Of a stretch of DNA of 64,000 bases, positions 62,922 through 64,000 are shown piece by piece. The stretch is from Candidatus Poribacteria bacterium. GTDB taxonomy: Bacteria; Poribacteria; WGA-4E; WGA-3G. Both the position numbers and the translations under genes were made by a program. The DNA is taken from positions 3,520,001-3,584,000 of the forward strand of contig CBDANF010000003.1 of the NCBI GenBank assembly GCA_965197475.1, given 5' to 3'. Under the pieces are notes generated by a model that was not told the origin of the DNA, ran no database searches, and saw only the letters and a list, made by a program, of their open reading frames with translations. Numbering within the stretch: position 1 is the first letter of the stretch; each line of letters starts with the position of its first letter.

Positions 62922-63907
62922 GGCTCATGTAAAAAGTAAGTGCTATTTTTTCAAAGTTATGTTAGAGTGTTACCTATGGACTTTCCAATACAATCTCTCA
63001 TGGATGAAGAAAAAACTCAAGCGTGGGTGTTGGATCATTTCCACCCTCAAGGGCTGTGTTGCCCAAAATGCCAAGCGAGCGTGGCGGAGGCACGCAAGTT
63101 CCGTCCGACTGAAACAAGTGGTCTACAAGTGTATCGCTGCAAACACTGTGAGAGCATCTACAACCTCTATACCGGGACGGTCTTTGCTGGCACGCAGTTT
63201 CGTCCCTCACAGGTCGTTCTGCTTTTGCGCGGTGTCTGTCAAGGTGTTTCAAGTGCACAACTCGGGTGTGAACTGGGTCTAAGTCGTCAAACCGTTCTTT
63301 CTATAAGACGTAAACTCCAAACTTCGGCAGAGCAGATACAACCCGAAGCTGCTTTACCTGATGCTGAAGTCGAAACAGATGAGATGTTTCAAAACGCCGG
63401 TGAAAAAGGCGATAAGCACGTTGATGCTTCGGATCCGCCGCGTCGGCGTGGCAATAAACGCAGGGGACATGGGACTTATGACAATGATCGTCCGCCTATT
63501 GTTGGGACGAAAGGTCGCGAAAGCGGTCTCCTGAGATTACGTGTTGTGCGGCACACCGATTCTGCGACGCTTTCAACACACGTTCATCAGTGGACGTTGC
63601 CGACTTCAACGGTGTATACGGATGGTTGGCGTGGCTATAACCGTATTCAGCGCGCCCGTGAGATTGTTCTCCATAAGGATGGCGAGTGGGCAAGAGACGC
63701 AGACGGTGATGGTCTTTACGAGATCCATACAAGGACGATTGAAGGTGCCTGGACGACGCTGCGAAACTTCCTTCGTCCCTTTCGTGGCGTTCATAAAAAG
63801 TTCCTCGCCGGTTACGTCGCAATCTGTGAGTTCGTCATGAATCTAAAAGCTGTCAGTGTTGATTTTATAGCAAAACTCGTCAAAAGCACTTACTCTTGAC
63901 ATGAGCG
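62922..63907 (+). mobile_element. IS1595-family insertion sequence
   Basis: TIRs GGCTCATGTAAAAAGTAAGTGCT / AGCACTTACTCTTGACATGAGCG; 8-bp TSD AAAAAGTC (62914-62921, 63908-63915). Confidence 0.9.
62976..63899 (+). CDS. IS1595-family transposase
   Basis: CPKC...CKHC Zn ribbon, VETDEMF, YTDGWRGY, TIEGAW and FRGVHKK. Confidence 0.9.
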   Translation: MDFPIQSLMDEEKTQAWVLDHFHPQGLCCPKCQASVAEARKFRPTETSGLQVYRCKHCESIYNLYTGTVFAGTQFRPSQVVLLLRGVCQGVSSAQLGCELGLSRQTVLSIRRKLQTSAEQIQPEAALPDAEVETDEMFQNAGEKGDKHVDASDPPRRRGNKRRGHGTYDNDRPPIVGTKGRESGLLRLRVVRHTDSATLSTHVHQWTLPTSTVYTDGWRGYNRIQRAREIVLHKDGEWARDADGDGLYEIHTRTIEGAWTTLRNFLRPFRGVHKKFLAGYVAICEFVMNLKAVSVDFIAKLVKSTYS

Positions 63908-64000
63908 AAAAAGTCAAGCATAAATTGAAGAAATAATGAAATTTCGGTAGAATTAGAGCAATTTTGAACAGTGTCTGTCTAATCTGTATAGTCTGTGCCA

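Overview
Bacterial chromosomal window, most likely Candidatus Poribacteria, inferred from a WD40-cohesin-dockerin-CTD protein and C-terminal V(E)PxxKLTTxWAxxK tails. The backbone is housekeeping and metabolic genes (gmhA, actP-like, ccmC, map, miaB, secA, sppA, msbA-like, larC, recQ-like, uxuA-like, sulfatase). Several genes carry single-base indels that look like long-read errors. Accessory content: (1) a 2004-bp element (2071-4074) with perfect 13-bp terminal inverted repeats and no target duplication; it encodes only two paralogous DUF1670-like proteins, plus a near-consensus outward promoter followed by a hairpin-rich ~125-nt segment, and is the best candidate for an undescribed mobile system; (2) a defence island: dndC-dndD, then a CD-NTase/SLATT CBASS pair, a convergent SBD-HNH phosphorothioate-reader nuclease and a ParB-like gene; (3) AvaI/BsoBI-type and BglII-type R-M loci; (4) an IS1595 copy and a related 93-bp MITE that interrupts an IS5-like transposase; (5) many REP/MITE-like nested repeats; (6) a UxxC selenoprotein missed by the ORF track; (7) a sigma70 factor with a duplicated region 1.2/2 module. 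No rRNA, tRNA or CRISPR array was recognised. All family assignments come from motif recognition by eye, not database searches.
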